Source: the human T2T-CHM13v2.0 reference genome, Homo sapiens
Strand: one strand, 5' to 3'
NCBI RefSeq assembly: GCF_009914755.1
Contig: NC_060928.1
DNA: 64,000 nucleotides
Numbering within the stretch: the first letter of the stretch is position 1; each line of letters starts with the position of its first letter. Under the pieces are notes generated by a model. That model was not told where the DNA came from. It ran no database searches and saw only the letters and a program-made list of their open reading frames with translations. This document shows positions 13,760-27,740 of this stretch, piece by piece. The translations under genes were made by a program, and so were the position numbers.

Positions 13760-15631
13760 ATGAGATGGCTTCAGTCACATGTCTGCTACCTTCCTCAGAT
13801 TGGCTTGAAAGCTGAACTTAGCAGGAGCCTTCTTTTTCTCCATGTTCTTTTGGGGCCTCTTCACATCTGTGTTGTTTAATAGTGTGGATCCTGTGCTCCA
13901 AAAGACTAGGGTGGAAGCCTTGCAGTCTTCCTAAATGCCAGGCCCAGAAAATCACAGCATCATTTTCTCTCTGTTCCATTAGCCAATGCAGTTACAGGTC
14001 GGCCCTTGTTCAAGAGGACAGAAACAGCATACTCCTCTCGAAGCGAGGAGTGTCATAGAATCTGCAGCCATCTTTAATCAACCACAGTTCACCGTTTCAT
14101 CATAAATTATTTGCACTCCACATAAATCTAAAATATACTCACTCTCTTCGAAGGTTTCCTGAGTAGCATCCCATTTCATTGCAACATTAGCTCACAACCA
14201 GGAGTGGTGGAGGCTCTTCAGATATGGTTCCTTCAGTAAAGTTCCTCTTAATCTAAAAACCTGGAACTGAAGACATAGCTATGTGGACTCTTCACATCCA
14301 ATATGTAATGCTGGAACAAAGACAGGGTACTACCATTGACAGTCCTGTTTCAAAAGGGAGAAATGAAGAGCTATATTGCTGTTGGTAGTGTAGAGAAATT
14401 TAGAAGTCTTGCCAGATATATGTTGCCAATTCCTTTATTTCATTCCAGTCCTACTTTTTGGAAAAATTTTCTGTGGCTCTAACCTCTGCCCTCTGGGTTT
14501 TGGGTTCTGCCATGAATCACCTTTCCTTTTCCATAGTAAATGAACTGGATAGCCCATATTTCAGCCCAATTCCTATTGAGAGTTTGGAGGTCTTGAGAGC
14601 TCTCATGCCAGCTGGTGGCATATATGCCAATCAACTTATTTTTAAAGCTTCATGGATTTCATTTGGATCTTATTGAGGTTCACTATAATAAACCATATTT
14701 ATACCCATAATAACATTTTCCCACAAAATAAAATATTTGTATTTCATCTTCACAACATTTGTGTCATTTCATTGAGCAGGCATTATTATTGTCTTCATTT
14801 TCCAGAAGAAGATATGCCTTTCTGACAAAGGCTCTTCTCTGTCTTAGTTTGGCTGGGAGTTTGCTGTGGGGCAGCTTATAAGATTCTTCAAAGTTCTCTT
14901 GTCTAGCAATGACAGGCAACAAATATGCCTTTAAATCTTTCTGAGATATTAATAAATTGTCTTGTAGCCACATCCCACTTTTTTGCCCTGAAATTATGCA
15001 TTGTTGCCATGGATTTGATCTTTGCCCTGTGACATTTCTTTGAGTATCTTTTGGTTGATGGACATACCTACATTATTTAGGTTTTTAAAAATAGATGCCA
15101 GATTCTATTTCAGCTGTATATCGCTATATAACAATCTTCCCCTAAATTGAGTGTAATAAAAAAACAAATGTTTTGTAATAATTTGTGATTTTGTGGGTCA
15201 GGGATTCAGGCAGGAATAGGCTGTGTTATTCTTCTGACATTGTATAATTTAGTAGCATTCAGCTAATAGCTAGGCTGGTCTAGGGGATCCAAGATGGCTT
15301 CCCCCAGGAAGCCCAGTACCTTGGTGGAGATGGCAGGAAGGCTGAAGTCAGCTGCCTTCCTGCTCCCCCATGCAATCTGAAGGTCTCTTTGCATGATCTT
15401 GTCAGCAAAGGAGCTGTAGTTCTTAAATGGTGGCTCAGGACTGAAAAATGATAAAGGCAGAAGCTACCAGTTCTCCTAAATTCTCAACCTAGAACTGGCA
15501 CAGTATCACTTATGCCACACTCCAGTGACCAAAGCAGTCGCATTCTAGCCCATGTTCAAGGGCTGGAGAGCAGATACCACCTCTCAATGAAAGGCATGTC
15601 ACAGAACTTGCAGCCTTCTTCAATCCACCAC
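13760..15631 (-). mobile_element. MLT1 (G/H-like) MaLR provirus remnant: LTR (about 13760-14086), internal region, LTR (about 15110-15631)
   Basis: Two co-oriented related LTR ends (GAATCTGCAGCCATCTTTAATCAACCACA and GAACTTGCAGCCTTCTTCAATCCACCACA) bracket about 1 kb of internal sequence. Confidence 0.7.
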
Positions 15632-16225
15632 AATTATTTCAGAGAATGCAGGAAGAGAATAGAGCTCTAGGTGTAAGAGAGCTAAATGTTAAATTACTAT
15701 AATACAGAGTCAATAGATAATATTTATAATTATTATCAAGACCAAGAAGTACAAACATATTACTTACAGCTTTTCAGATAAATTCTGGAAATAATGGCTT
15801 TAAGAAAAGAAAGTAGGTACCTCTTGGGGAGGACTTGTTGGCAGAAAGGGATAAACAAAGCTCTTCTTACATTTTATTTGTAGCCTTTGAAATAATATTT
15901 GATTCATTTCACTATGCACATGAATTACTTGACAAAAATTAAAATTAATTTCCAAAGGGTAGTTTCTCATTATTTTTTTCAAGTGTGATAATTGTACCCC
16001 ACTAGCCTAAGATGAAGTTGAATGAATTTTGCAATGTTATTATTCTGAAATAAGCAACTAAAGAATTATTCAGAAGTTCCTCTCTGTCTCTGACTCAGGA
16101 TAAGCTCAATAAGTCAAATAATAATAACATTTCAGGAGAGCCAATACCATAGTTCCTACAAGAAAAAGGACTGAGACTACAAGTTTACAAATCTTTTAAA
16201 TAAATCCAATGTTTGTTACACTTTA

Positions 16226-16519
<294 letters not shown>

Positions 16520-16713
16520 AAAAGTGTGTTAAAATGCATGCCAATTTTATAATCAAACTCCAAAATAAAACCATTGGTAATATTTGTGTAGCGTTGTGCC
16601 TTTGATAGAGGATTTTCCTATACATATGTTTTTATTTCATGTCCACAACACTTCTGTTGTTTTATTGAGCAAGGATTACTATTGTCTTCCTTGTCCAAAG
16701 GAAGAAAGTGAGG

Positions 16714-16897
16714 TCTTCAGATATGGTTCCTTCAGTACAGTTCCTCTTAATCTAAAAACCTGGAACTGAAGACACAGCTATGAGGCCTCCTCACATCCAA
16801 TATGTAATGCTGGAACAAAGATAGGGTACTACCATTGACAGTCCTGTTTAAAAAGGGAGAAGACCTTGAAACTTAATCATGACTCATTATTAGCCTG
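16714..16897 (+). repeat. Composite local duplication of 14215-14362 plus 12874-12910
   Basis: Manual alignment: 148 nt with 7 mismatches joined to 37 nt with 2 mismatches. Confidence 0.92.
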
Positions 16898-16902
16898 AAT
16901 GG

Positions 16903-17296
16903 TGATGACGACGGTTTGACTCTGAGTCTCTACCCAAACCTCATCTTGAATTGTGATCCCCACATGTCAAGGGAGGGCCCTATAATCTCCACCTGTCGAA
17001 AGAGGGAAGTGATTGGATCATGGGGGTGGTTTCCCCCATGCTTTTCTCTTGATAGTGAGTGAGTTCTCATGAGATCTGATGGTTTTATGAGTGTCTGGCA
17101 TTTCCTCTGCTTGCACTTCTCTCTGCCACCATATGAAGAAAGTTCTTGCTTCCCCTTCATTTCCACTATGATTTAAGTTTCCTGAGGCCTCCCCAGGCAT
17201 TCGGAACTGTGAGTCAATTAAACCTCTTTCCTTTATAAATTTAAATTACCCAGTCTCGGGTATTTCTTTATAGCAGTGAGAAAACAAACTAACACA
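16903..17296 (+). mobile_element. THE1/MSTA-like MaLR solo LTR
   Basis: CCCAAACCTCATCTTGAATTGT..GTGAGTTCTCATGAGATCTGATGG..GAGTCAATTAAACCTCTTTC; imperfect TSD AATGG/AATGA. Confidence 0.88.
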
Positions 17297-18679
17297 AATG
17301 AGCTAAGTACATTATCAAAGCTGATTTTTCTTTTCCAAACCCTGAGCTCTTTCACTACACTTAGTAATGGTCTGCCAAACCCTTATAAGACTATGACCAG
17401 AGTGTGTAAGGGAAACAGAACTGTGAATGTTCATCTGAATCTGAAAAATACTACTACACTTGAACATTCCACAAGAATGAGTATAATCTTGACATGTGTA
17501 GTAGTGGTAGTATATTTATGGATTATTGCAACATCAAGAAGCAAACAGTGTCTTTCTTGATGCAAACAATGAAGAGAAAAGGATTCCAACTCAGTAACAT
17601 TTCAGTGAGAATGTTGAAAACTTTCCTCTATTAAGATAGAGACATTATCCAGAACACTTCCTTCTGGACAGTGCCAAAATGTATGTAACTTGAACAACCA
17701 ACGAACCATTTAAAGTCCGGTTTGCAGAAATTCTGGTGTGATTTTTAATAGGAAGGAAAATGTGTGACTGGCATGAAGAGGTTTCACAGCTACATTTCAC
17801 AACACGGGGTACTCAGCTGCTCCTCTTGAATGGACTAGCATGACAATGCACACTTATTCTGTAAACAGGTTTCACTTAGGGACCTGCAGCTGTGGCTTTG
17901 AAGGATAGAGCTGCCATCTTGTAGAGTGTGATGAGCCACTGCGAGGTGTGGTTTTCCACTTGGCTAAGAATTGTTGTGTGACCAAGGGCACATAATACCT
18001 GAGTCTCAGTACTCTTATTTAAGTGTAAATAAATAGCGTTTTCCAAAGTGTTGTGCCCATACCACTGACAGCACACATGTCAGTCTTAGTTGGGACAGAG
18101 CTGAAAGCTTTAAATTGTGATCATAATTTGTTTATTTTAATAGGGATTAGAATAACAATAAAGTATCTTACCTTCTGTAAGACTTTATCAACATTATTGC
18201 TTGGTTTGAGACTAGAGTAGGTATTAAAATTGTTGAAGGTAGTCAAATTAAAGGAAAAAAACAATTAAATAATAATAAAAGTATATGTGTGGGGAAGCAA
18301 CTAAAAAGCACTGGACCAGAAGAATCCTTTCTGCTTGAAAAATGTTGTGATTTTTTTTCCTTAAAAGACAGGAACATCAACAAGAAGTAGTATTTTTTTC
18401 TATATTAATAAGAACACTGTTAATGATAACTACTGCTAACAGCTATAATATGAAGAAACTGTTATTTTCCCTGTTAAATAAGGAAACAACAGTTCAAGGA
18501 GACTAATTTGTAAAGAACCACACATCTAATTTGTGGCAGTGCCAGGATTCAAAGCAGTTTCACAATAATTGCAAAGTCCATACTTTTCCATGGACTATGG
18601 AAGAACATAATAGCTGGAGTAAAGTGGCTGAGGCTCTGGAATCAGACTGCTCAAACTGGCAACTTGGCTCCACCATTTT

Positions 18680-18796
18680 CTCTTTTATTAACTTTTATTT
18701 TAGGTTCAGGGGTACATGTGCTGGTTTGTTATACAGGTAAACTGTGTGTGATGGTGGTTTGGTGTATAGATTAGTTTGCCATCCAGGTAATAGGCA
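18680..18796 (-). mobile_element. L1PA (older subfamily) 3' end, antisense
   Basis: TTTTATTTTAGGTTCAGGGGTACATGTGCTGGTTTGTTATACAGGTAAAC. Confidence 0.85.
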
Positions 18797-20117
18797 ACTT
18801 CCCAAGACTGAGCCAGAAAGAAATTGAATACCTTAATAGATCAATAATGAGTTCTGACATTTAATCAGTAATAAAAAGCCTACCAAGAACAGCAACAACA
18901 AAAAAATGACCAAGAAACAGAAGGATTCACAGCCAAATTCTACCAGATGTATAAAGAACAGCTGGTACCATTCCTACTGAAACTACTCTAAAAACTTGAG
19001 GAGAAGGGATTCCTCCATAACTCACTCTCTAAAGCCAGCATCATTCTGATATTAAAATCTGGCAGAGACACAGCAAAAAAAAAGAAAACTTCAGTCTGAT
19101 ATCCTCAATGAGCGTAGATGCAAAAATAGTCAACAAAAACCGAATCCGGCAGCACATCAAAAAGCTTGTCCACCATGATCAAATAGACTTTATCACTGGG
19201 CTGAAAGATTAGTTCAACATACATAAATCAATAAGTGTGATTCATCAAACCAGAACTAAAGACAAAAACCACATGATTATTTCAATAGATGCAGAAAAGG
19301 GTTTCGATAAAATTCAACACCACTTCATGTTTAAAAACCTTAAGAAATCAGGCATTGAAACCATATACTTCAAAATAATAAGAGCCACCTAAGAAAAACC
19401 CATAGCCAACATCACAGTGAATGAGGAAAAGCTGGAAGCATTTCTCATGAAAGCAGCACAAGACAAGGACACCCTCTCTCACCACTACTATTCAACACAG
19501 TATTGGAAGTCCTCGCCAGAGCAATCAGTCAAGAGAAAGAAATAAAAGCCATTCAAATAGGAAGAGGGGAAGTCAAACTATCCCTGTTTGTAAACAATAT
19601 GATTCTATACCTAGAAAGCTCCATAGTCTCTGCCCAACAGCTCTTTGATCTGATAAACAACTTCAGCAAAATTTCAGGATACAAAATCAATGCACAAAAA
19701 TCAATAGTATTCCTATACACCAACAACATTTAAGCTAAAGGCCAAATCAAGAATGCAATTCCATTCACAATAGCCATAAAAAGAGTCAAATACAGCTAAC
19801 TAGGGAAGTGAAAGATCTCTACGATTAAAATTATAAAACACTGCTCAAATAAATCAGATGACACAAACAAATGAAATAGCATTCTATGCTCATGGATAGG
19901 AAGAATTATTAAAATGCCCATACTGCCAAAAGCAATTTACAGATTCAATGATATTCCTATCAAACTATCAATGACATTCTTCACAGAATTAATTTATAAA
20001 AAATTATTCTGAAATTCATACTGAACTCACAAAAGGGCCTGAATAGCCAAGGAAATGCTAAGCAAAAAGAGCAAAGCTGGAGGTACCATGCTATCCCACT
20101 TCAAACTATACTACAGT
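18797..20117 (+). mobile_element. L1 ORF2 (reverse-transcriptase region) fragment, disrupted
   Basis: ORF 19503-19733 translates to [28 protein letters not shown], recognisable L1 ORF2p; FADD catalytic motif decayed to FVNN; stops and frameshifts. Confidence 0.92.
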
Positions 20118-20311
20118 ATAGTGACTTGCCCACTCTTTTGCAGATGGATTGTGGCAGAACCAGTATTCACCCCTATTTCCATGCAATTCTGTAATGCACA
20201 ACCTCGACGGGTCACTTAACATTTACTATGACTTGAATTTCTGCTGGTCTTGGACCTTCCAAGGGTTTGCTCAGAAGCTGTCAAGTTCATTTATGGATGA
20301 TTCCCATACTA

Positions 20312-20313
<2 letters not shown>

Positions 20314-20343
<30 letters not shown>
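20314..20343. repeat. Poly-T tract (about 30 nt)
   Basis: Uninterrupted T run. Confidence 0.9.
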
Positions 20344-20347
<4 letters not shown>

Positions 20348-21534
20348 AAGACATTTTTAGTTTGGGGCTCAAGAAACATGACTCCCATATTTACACAAAT
20401 CTGGAAGAGTGTCCTCCCAGGACATCATCTGGAAGACAAAAAAAAAAAATTTGTTTGCCTTGTTTAAAAGTGATGTCCTTAGTCAAGATGAACACATACT
20501 CTTTTTGAGGAGTTTAATCATTTTTCTAATTCAGACGAAATGTTTGGAATTGTTTGGTATCTACTGGCTTATTGTGATGGTCACAAATTGTCAACAAGGA
20601 CCTTGAAAACTCTCTGAATCTTCATCCACAATGCTCATTTCAGCCATCCCCAACACTTTGGAGGAGGATTCACTTTATAGGAACTAAAATTTTTAATGTA
20701 TCTTGTAGTGTTAAGGCTCTAAAAGAAACTTGGTACATTGGGGTAGCATCAATCCCTGGAACAAAATATTTGATTTCATATGGCCTTTCTTAGGCTCTTA
20801 TGGTTCAGCTCAGTGAAGGAAATTTCCAGGCAAAGGAGAATTCTGAATTATATTTGTTTCTATTATGGTTTTGCTGGTGATTGGCTTTTCTTAGTTTGCC
20901 AATGGCACTAATGACCATAGTGAGTTTGAGCCTTAAAATATCAATATTTCTTACAAATAACACATGTGGGCTATTGATACTATGTCTTACAGTAAAAGAT
21001 CTATCACTAAAGCAGCATCTACCTGAAAACTCAGTCTCTTTTATTCCTCTCTCTCTCTGAGTCTTCTGCTTTTGTAAACTTTTCTCATATGCCTCATTCA
21101 TGTGTGAACAGCCAGTGATATCTGCAATGAGGGAAAAGGATAGACTATAATTGAAATTGAGAGACAGATATAGGAAAAGAGGAGACGGAGGGATATTGGG
21201 AACATATCACTTATGTGCCTGCATTGTTTTGAATTCTTGTGTAGATTCAATATGCATCATTATTTAGTCCTCACATTAACTTTATATTTATTTATCTCTG
21301 TATCTATCTCAATATGGAGCCATCAGACCACCCTATCTGGGCTCAAACACAGAGGGAAGCCTGAGATGAGGTTTAGCTAACACAAATGCTGATCCTTACT
21401 GGGTGTGAACATTTGGATAATTGTACTCTTATTTTCTCTTTTTACATCTTCTTGTTGCATGAATGTTTTTAATTTAAAAAAATGCATTTTTTTCAAGGTT
21501 CTTAGTATTAACAAAAATAATAAATACCCAAAGA

Positions 21535-21960
21535 GTCCTGTCCCAGCTTGGGCTCTCTAGAAATAGACTCTGAGACAGAGTTTAGTGTGCAGGGGGTCCC
21601 TTGGGAGCAACACCCATGGAGGAGGTGGTGAAGCAGAACTGGGTGAAGTAAGCTCATAAACTGTGACGCAGACCCGAGAGCCTCAGTGGACCCACAAGAA
21701 GGTCTGGAGTTGAAATGGCCCATCAAGCTGTTGCACATGGGGCTAAAAGGAGCAGTCCTTTTTCTCCATGCCAATCAGCTGGATATGATCCTCCCTAAAG
21801 TTCCTGTCCAAAGTTGGGTGACCTTGAGCAAGCTGGCTTTACTGAAGCTAGTCCTTATGGGCTGATAGCTGAAGGCTGATCCCTAACAGCATTTCTTGAA
21901 GCTGAAGCAACAAATTCTTCCATTGAAGGGGGAATCTGAATGGCACCTGCTTCACTGGCA
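21535..21960. mobile_element. ERVL-class LTR (LTR16/LTR33-like)
   Basis: AGACTCTGAGACAGAGTTTAGTGTGCAGG..CCCTTGGGAGCAACACC..AAGGGGGAATCTG. Confidence 0.55.
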
Positions 21961-21974
21961 CATGATCTCTGTCA

Positions 21975-22115
21975 TCACACATGGTCCTGGGCTTAGAGGG
22001 GATCATGTTTGGTTCAATGCTCTGCTGTTGCTGCTGTCCTCAAATTTAAATTTTAAAATAAGAGTTCCTGTATTTTCATTTTGCACTGAGCCCTATAAAT
22101 TAGGCAGCCAATGTG
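21975..22115. mobile_element. hAT-Tip100 DNA transposon fossil (MER91/MER45-like)
   Basis: TTGGTTCAATGCTCTGCTG..ATTTTCATTTTGCACTGAGCCCTATAAATTA. Confidence 0.6.
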
Positions 22116-24067
22116 TTCTGGGTACACAGCTCAATATCCTACTCCCTATGGGAAGTAGGAAACATAGTTCCTACTCCCTATGATTCTGATGTATCCTTAT
22201 AGAGTAAGCTAGCCTTCAAAAATGAACTTCCAGAGTAAAACAAGATTAGTACATGCTACCCCTCAGCTGTGCTGATGCAGAATAAAAACCTTGAGATCTT
22301 CTGAAATGGAATTAAACATCTACATAATTTAGCTAGTTAGGTCTAAGTAAATGCCATTAGAGGTCCCTAAATGAAATTAGGCAACTGAGTTAAAATAAAG
22401 AATAATAAATCTTTTTCATCCATTTTGTTGCAACTTTTAAAAAATGTTTTATTACAGTGGTGAGTGTTGCATATCTGGAAACTGAATATAACATACCCAG
22501 AGATGTGAACTTTCAACTTTCAAAAAAATTCAGAGGGCAAAACTGATTTTGTTTCATAGACAAAATGTGTTTATGGGAGGCTGATGGTTTGAAACAAAGC
22601 CAAGAAGCAAAACTATGTCAAGTATCATTGTTATTGGGGTTAGTTGAAAATTAAAATATTTGGGCCAAATATTCTTTTCTAAAAGCAAAAATAATTCTGG
22701 AACAATGGAATGTAATCTTGGATAGGGACTAGAAGTGCTCATAGAGCTTTGACTATTCAATAAAAAGTCACAGTGAACTCTGTCTCTAGCATTTCAAATC
22801 GCCAGCAAACTCAGGTAATTTGGTGTATTGTTTTCCTGGTATGTTAAACTTGAGTTTGTCCATGCATTTTGTCTTGACTGCTGCAGCTACCTCTGTTTGC
22901 CTCCATCTTAAACTAGGAGAAATAGAAAGAAAACTAATTTCTGCCTATCATCAGCATTCTTGCAAAATAAGAATTAGATCAATTAGATTCATGGATAAAT
23001 CACAGTGGGTATTTCTTAGTCACCTTCCCTATGTCCTTTCCACTTTTTTACTTTTGAGAATTCATCCTCATCCAATTTTAGCCAATGCATTTAAGGTGGA
23101 TTGAATTTATTTCAAGAAATCAATGCCTATTGGCCTGAACCAATCAGCCTATCTCATGTCTGATTCAGACATGGATTTATGACCAGATTAGAGACTCTGA
23201 AACGCTGTGGCTACTCCAAGAAAACAGTTCTTCTCTCTTCCAGTCCTAGCGGTAATAGGATACAAGGCTTGGAGCCATCTCACCACCATTAGATGAGGCA
23301 AGTTTTGAGGAAACCAGTATAAAAGGAGGCAGAAGGCAAACATGATAAAATAAGCACTAATAACATAGTCTGAGCCGTCTAGATCAAGCCATGCCTTTGC
23401 CCTTGTCTGTTACTTTATTCCCCAAATTCCCCATTTGATTTGAGTTATGTGCTTATCCTTATGGCATAAAAAATAAAGATCATTAAATTATCCATCCCAT
23501 TACACTTTGCATAAACCCAACCTGCACACCATATTATCCCAGTAATAATTCAGAATGTCCTGGCCTCAGGACTTGACCCCATCTTGAGATATTTGTCCAG
23601 ACTTTGCCTACCCAGCCCTTCCACACTGTTGTTCTTTTTTCTTCCTCTACACACATCCCCTCTTCAATAACCACCATGATTACTGACCACAGAGTTCACT
23701 ACTTACCCCGAGACCCCAAGCTGTGACAATCCATTTGGGTGTGCCTCTCCAAGATCACACCAACAAATTCCCCTTGGGCACAGTGTCAGGATGGGGACTT
23801 TGTAAACACACTACACGGCTGGATGGAAGGGGGACTCACAATTTCTTCTCATGCTCAATGAGAGCTAGCTGAGAAGATTGGATACCTCTGGCTCCTAGCC
23901 TCCCTAAAGAAGGAAGAATTAGATCACACTGATGGATGTGTTGCTGTGATTGAAGGTCAGTCCTGGAAAGAGCATGGCAAGGAGAGAACATATTTCTTTC
24001 CAATAAAAAGAAAGTGATAAGCAAAGTGGGAAGTGGAACTCACCTGAAAGCAAAAAACAGAGTTGCA

Positions 24068-24447
<380 letters not shown>

Positions 24448-25249
24448 TTAGCTTAGAAATCTTGGCTACCATAAAGTTAATGTCTTCAAAATTTGTGAAA
24501 CTCTAAGTTGTTTGGGGTGGGAGGTAAAATCTTCAATTCTCCCTACTCTACTCTCTGGGGAAAAAAACAAATAAATAGACAAAACTTAGTAAGACACTTA
24601 GAAAACAGGAGAGCAGTGCTCATCTGCTCATTCCATTAACTGACATAGAACCCTTGCCTTGGAGAGTGTGGAGGAACTTCAGAAGCAGACTCCAACTCCC
24701 ACCTTAGAAAATGACAAAGCTGAGGCTCGGGAGCCTCCTTACTCTTGCCTGAGATTAGGCTAAGACTTAGCCTAGCGCCAGATGGAGCCAAAATAGCCTG
24801 GTTTCCACCCAGTGTTCCTGCATTGCAAATACTAAGTCATTCATAGTACAGTAACCATCCATGTGCCAAAACCTGACTGAATATTTGCTATGTGTAGGAC
24901 ACTATGCTAGTCACTCTCAATGTAAATCAATAAGTCAATTCCGTATCTGAAGGACATCAACTTGCTTCACTAGCAACATAAATAAAATTCATTGCATTCC
25001 AGGCTAAAAGGGTTGCAATTTCACAACTTTACAAGGCAGAATCTAGTATGAGGGGTTTCCAAATACAATGTTTGGGGAGGTCCAAGACTATTGTTTAATA
25101 CCTCCATGTAGAATAAATTGCAATTACTTATCTATAATCATAGTTTATCTTCATAGATGGATGTATTGATATTAAAAGCTGCACTTGTTTTCCTCTTCAG
25201 AGCTGTACTAAAGGTGATTTAGAAGCAATGGTGGGCATAAAGTTTACAA

Positions 25250-26370
25250 TTTAAATTCAGGACTTTTTCTTCAATTGATCCATCCTGGAACTTGTCAGCT
25301 TATCAAGCTAAACTCTCACTATGATCTGTGATTTCAACTCTCTTTCATATTTTTGTGATTTCCAAATCTATATCTACATCAAAGGCCCCCTTCCTAGCTT
25401 TAAACCCTTATTGTCCAAACATATATCAGATTCATCCAGCTGGATGTCACACTGAGGCAACTCAACAGTTCCAAACCAGAATCCTTCATCTTTCTTGCAA
25501 AGTTTTTGCTTCCCTCTCCCTGTGTAATTAATGATGTGTAGTTGCTTAAGACAGAAATAACATATTTATCTGTAGCTTCCCCAAATCCCTTGCCCTTATA
25601 CCCAGTTGGTTACTAAGGCTTATCAAGTTTTTCTTCATTGTAATATTAATTCGCTTCCTCATTTCAATTCTCACTGCTCTACTTGAGACATTTATTGCTT
25701 CCTCATTGAACTTCCACTTGACTGTCCTTTAATTCACCCACAACTTCACCATCACGATTCTATTTCTTCATATTAGAAGATCAACGATGATGTTTCTCTA
25801 CCTAAAATATTTTAACACTTAACCATTGCCTACTGAATAAATTTCAAATTCCTAAGTTTGATATTCTAACTTCTCTACAGATTCCAGCTTACATTTATAA
25901 CTTGATGTCGGCCACTCATCTTAAAGTACAATATTATCTGATGAAACCAAATACTAGCCATTCCTGTAAGATGATATATACTTTCACTGGTGTCTTTTAC
26001 TAGACTCTCTTTCCCCAAATCTTTATCTGTCAAAATTTTATCCATCAATGTCCACTGAAGTCTAACATTTACTGTCATCTCCTCTGCCAAGTCTTTTCCT
26101 ACCATCCTTCCAAATGGAACTAAGTCCAGTTTCTATTTCAGTAAAATAGTTTTTTCTTGATAACTATTCTATAGCATTTTTCACGTTATACTATCATTTA
26201 TTACATACCTGTTCATATCCTTAATTAATATGCATAATCTAAGAAAGCTGAAGTCATGCTTTTTATCCTCTCTGTTATTCCAAATGTCTACCAAGTTCCC
26301 CTGCATAGAAAAGGCAGTTTGATAACTATTAAGTAAAGGAACCCATAAATAAAACTCATGAATAATGAAA
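25250..26370 (+). mobile_element. L2 3' region
   Basis: CCAAATCTATATCT.., CCATTGCCTACTGAATAAATTTCAAATTCCTAAG.., degenerate L2 tail. Confidence 0.6.
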
Positions 26371-26424
26371 GAGAAGTTTTGTAATTAGAAACACACATGT
26401 TAGCTCTGCATATGTTTAGTCAAA

Positions 26425-26565
<141 letters not shown>

Positions 26566-26624
26566 AATTTTAAATTAAAGTTGATAAAAATGGAGGCCCA
26601 GAATATCAGGATCTGATAAAAAAA

Positions 26625-26711
26625 AGAAAAGAAAGGAAAGGAAAGGAAAGGAAAGGAAAGGAAAGGAAAGGAAAGGAAAGGAAAGGAAAGGAAAGGAAAG
26701 GAAAGGAAAGA
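26625..26711. repeat. (GGAAA)n pentanucleotide repeat, about 15 perfect units
   Basis: Direct reading. Confidence 0.95.
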
Positions 26712-27681
26712 GGACTCCCATAGTTAGCTGGGAGTAGAGGAGACACAATAGTTAGAGAGTAGTACTCTAACTTCTAGTAAAGATCTCTCCACTCAGCTAA
26801 TTTTTTTCTATAGCTTTGAGTCCCCCAAAATTATGATTATACCATTCAAACAACTGATTTTGGATACATGTGAAACCAATATTGACTTTAATTGTCAGTA
26901 AAAAATAAGAAAATTTTTACTTGCTTGAGATTCAGTATAACTAGGTCCTAATGCTAGGTTCTGGTCCTAGGAGCTAGAAAAGAACCATGCAATATTGGAA
27001 AAAGTATGCTAGAAGCTGGAAATTAACATTTGCTGGTAAATTTCCCATGATGAAGTGGGCGTGATAAGGGCAGAAATTTTTATACTATTCACCTCTGCAT
27101 TCACAGTGCTTGGAATAATACCCAGTTGCACAGTAAGACCTTGGGGAAACATTTAGTTTATACAATAATATATAAATTTCTATATGCTATAAATTTTATT
27201 TTGTATTTTATATGCACTACTTCACTTAAATTTTATAATCAACCTATAGAATAATAAGTCTTATTAGCTCCACTTTCCAGATTTTAACACCAAGGCTCAG
27301 AGAGTAAAAATGTTGTTAAGAAACTCAGAATTATTTAGTGCTAGAGCAGGTACTAACACTCGGGTGTGTATATCTCATTGTTCTTTTTCCATCTGTAAAA
27401 TCATAATGTTGGAAAAGTTTAAAGGCAAAAAATATATTATATATACACATACATATGTACATACATACATACATACATACATATGGTGAGGGAAGAAATA
27501 CATTAATACTTTCCAGATCAAAAGGCATATTATTGGTTTAATATTTAAAATTACATCATGCATTGCTTAGTTTGCTGATAAAATTGTCACGACTGACATA
27601 TTTAGATTTTTATGGATGAGAAAAATAATAGAACATTTCTGGAATTTAGGAATGCTGAGTTATTTTAAAAGAATGTTTGTT

Positions 27682-27740
27682 CAACAAACCTGCACGTTGT
27701 GCACATGTACTCCAGAACTTAAAGTATAATTTTTTTAAAT
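27682..27740 (+). mobile_element. Very short 5'-truncated L1PA 3' terminus
   Basis: AACAAACCTGCACGTTGTGCACATGTACTCCAGAACTTAAAGTATAAT; flanks AAAGAATGTTTGT / AAAGAATTTTTGT act as TSD. Confidence 0.85.

Noticed and set aside
16714-16897. Retrocopy of a back-spliced RNA as origin of the chimera
   Set aside because: An AG precedes the second donor piece, but the first piece is not followed by GT, and there is no poly-A or TSD.
19503-19733. Reverse-transcriptase-like ORF as a functional gene
   Set aside because: Disrupted L1 ORF2 with decayed catalytic motif.
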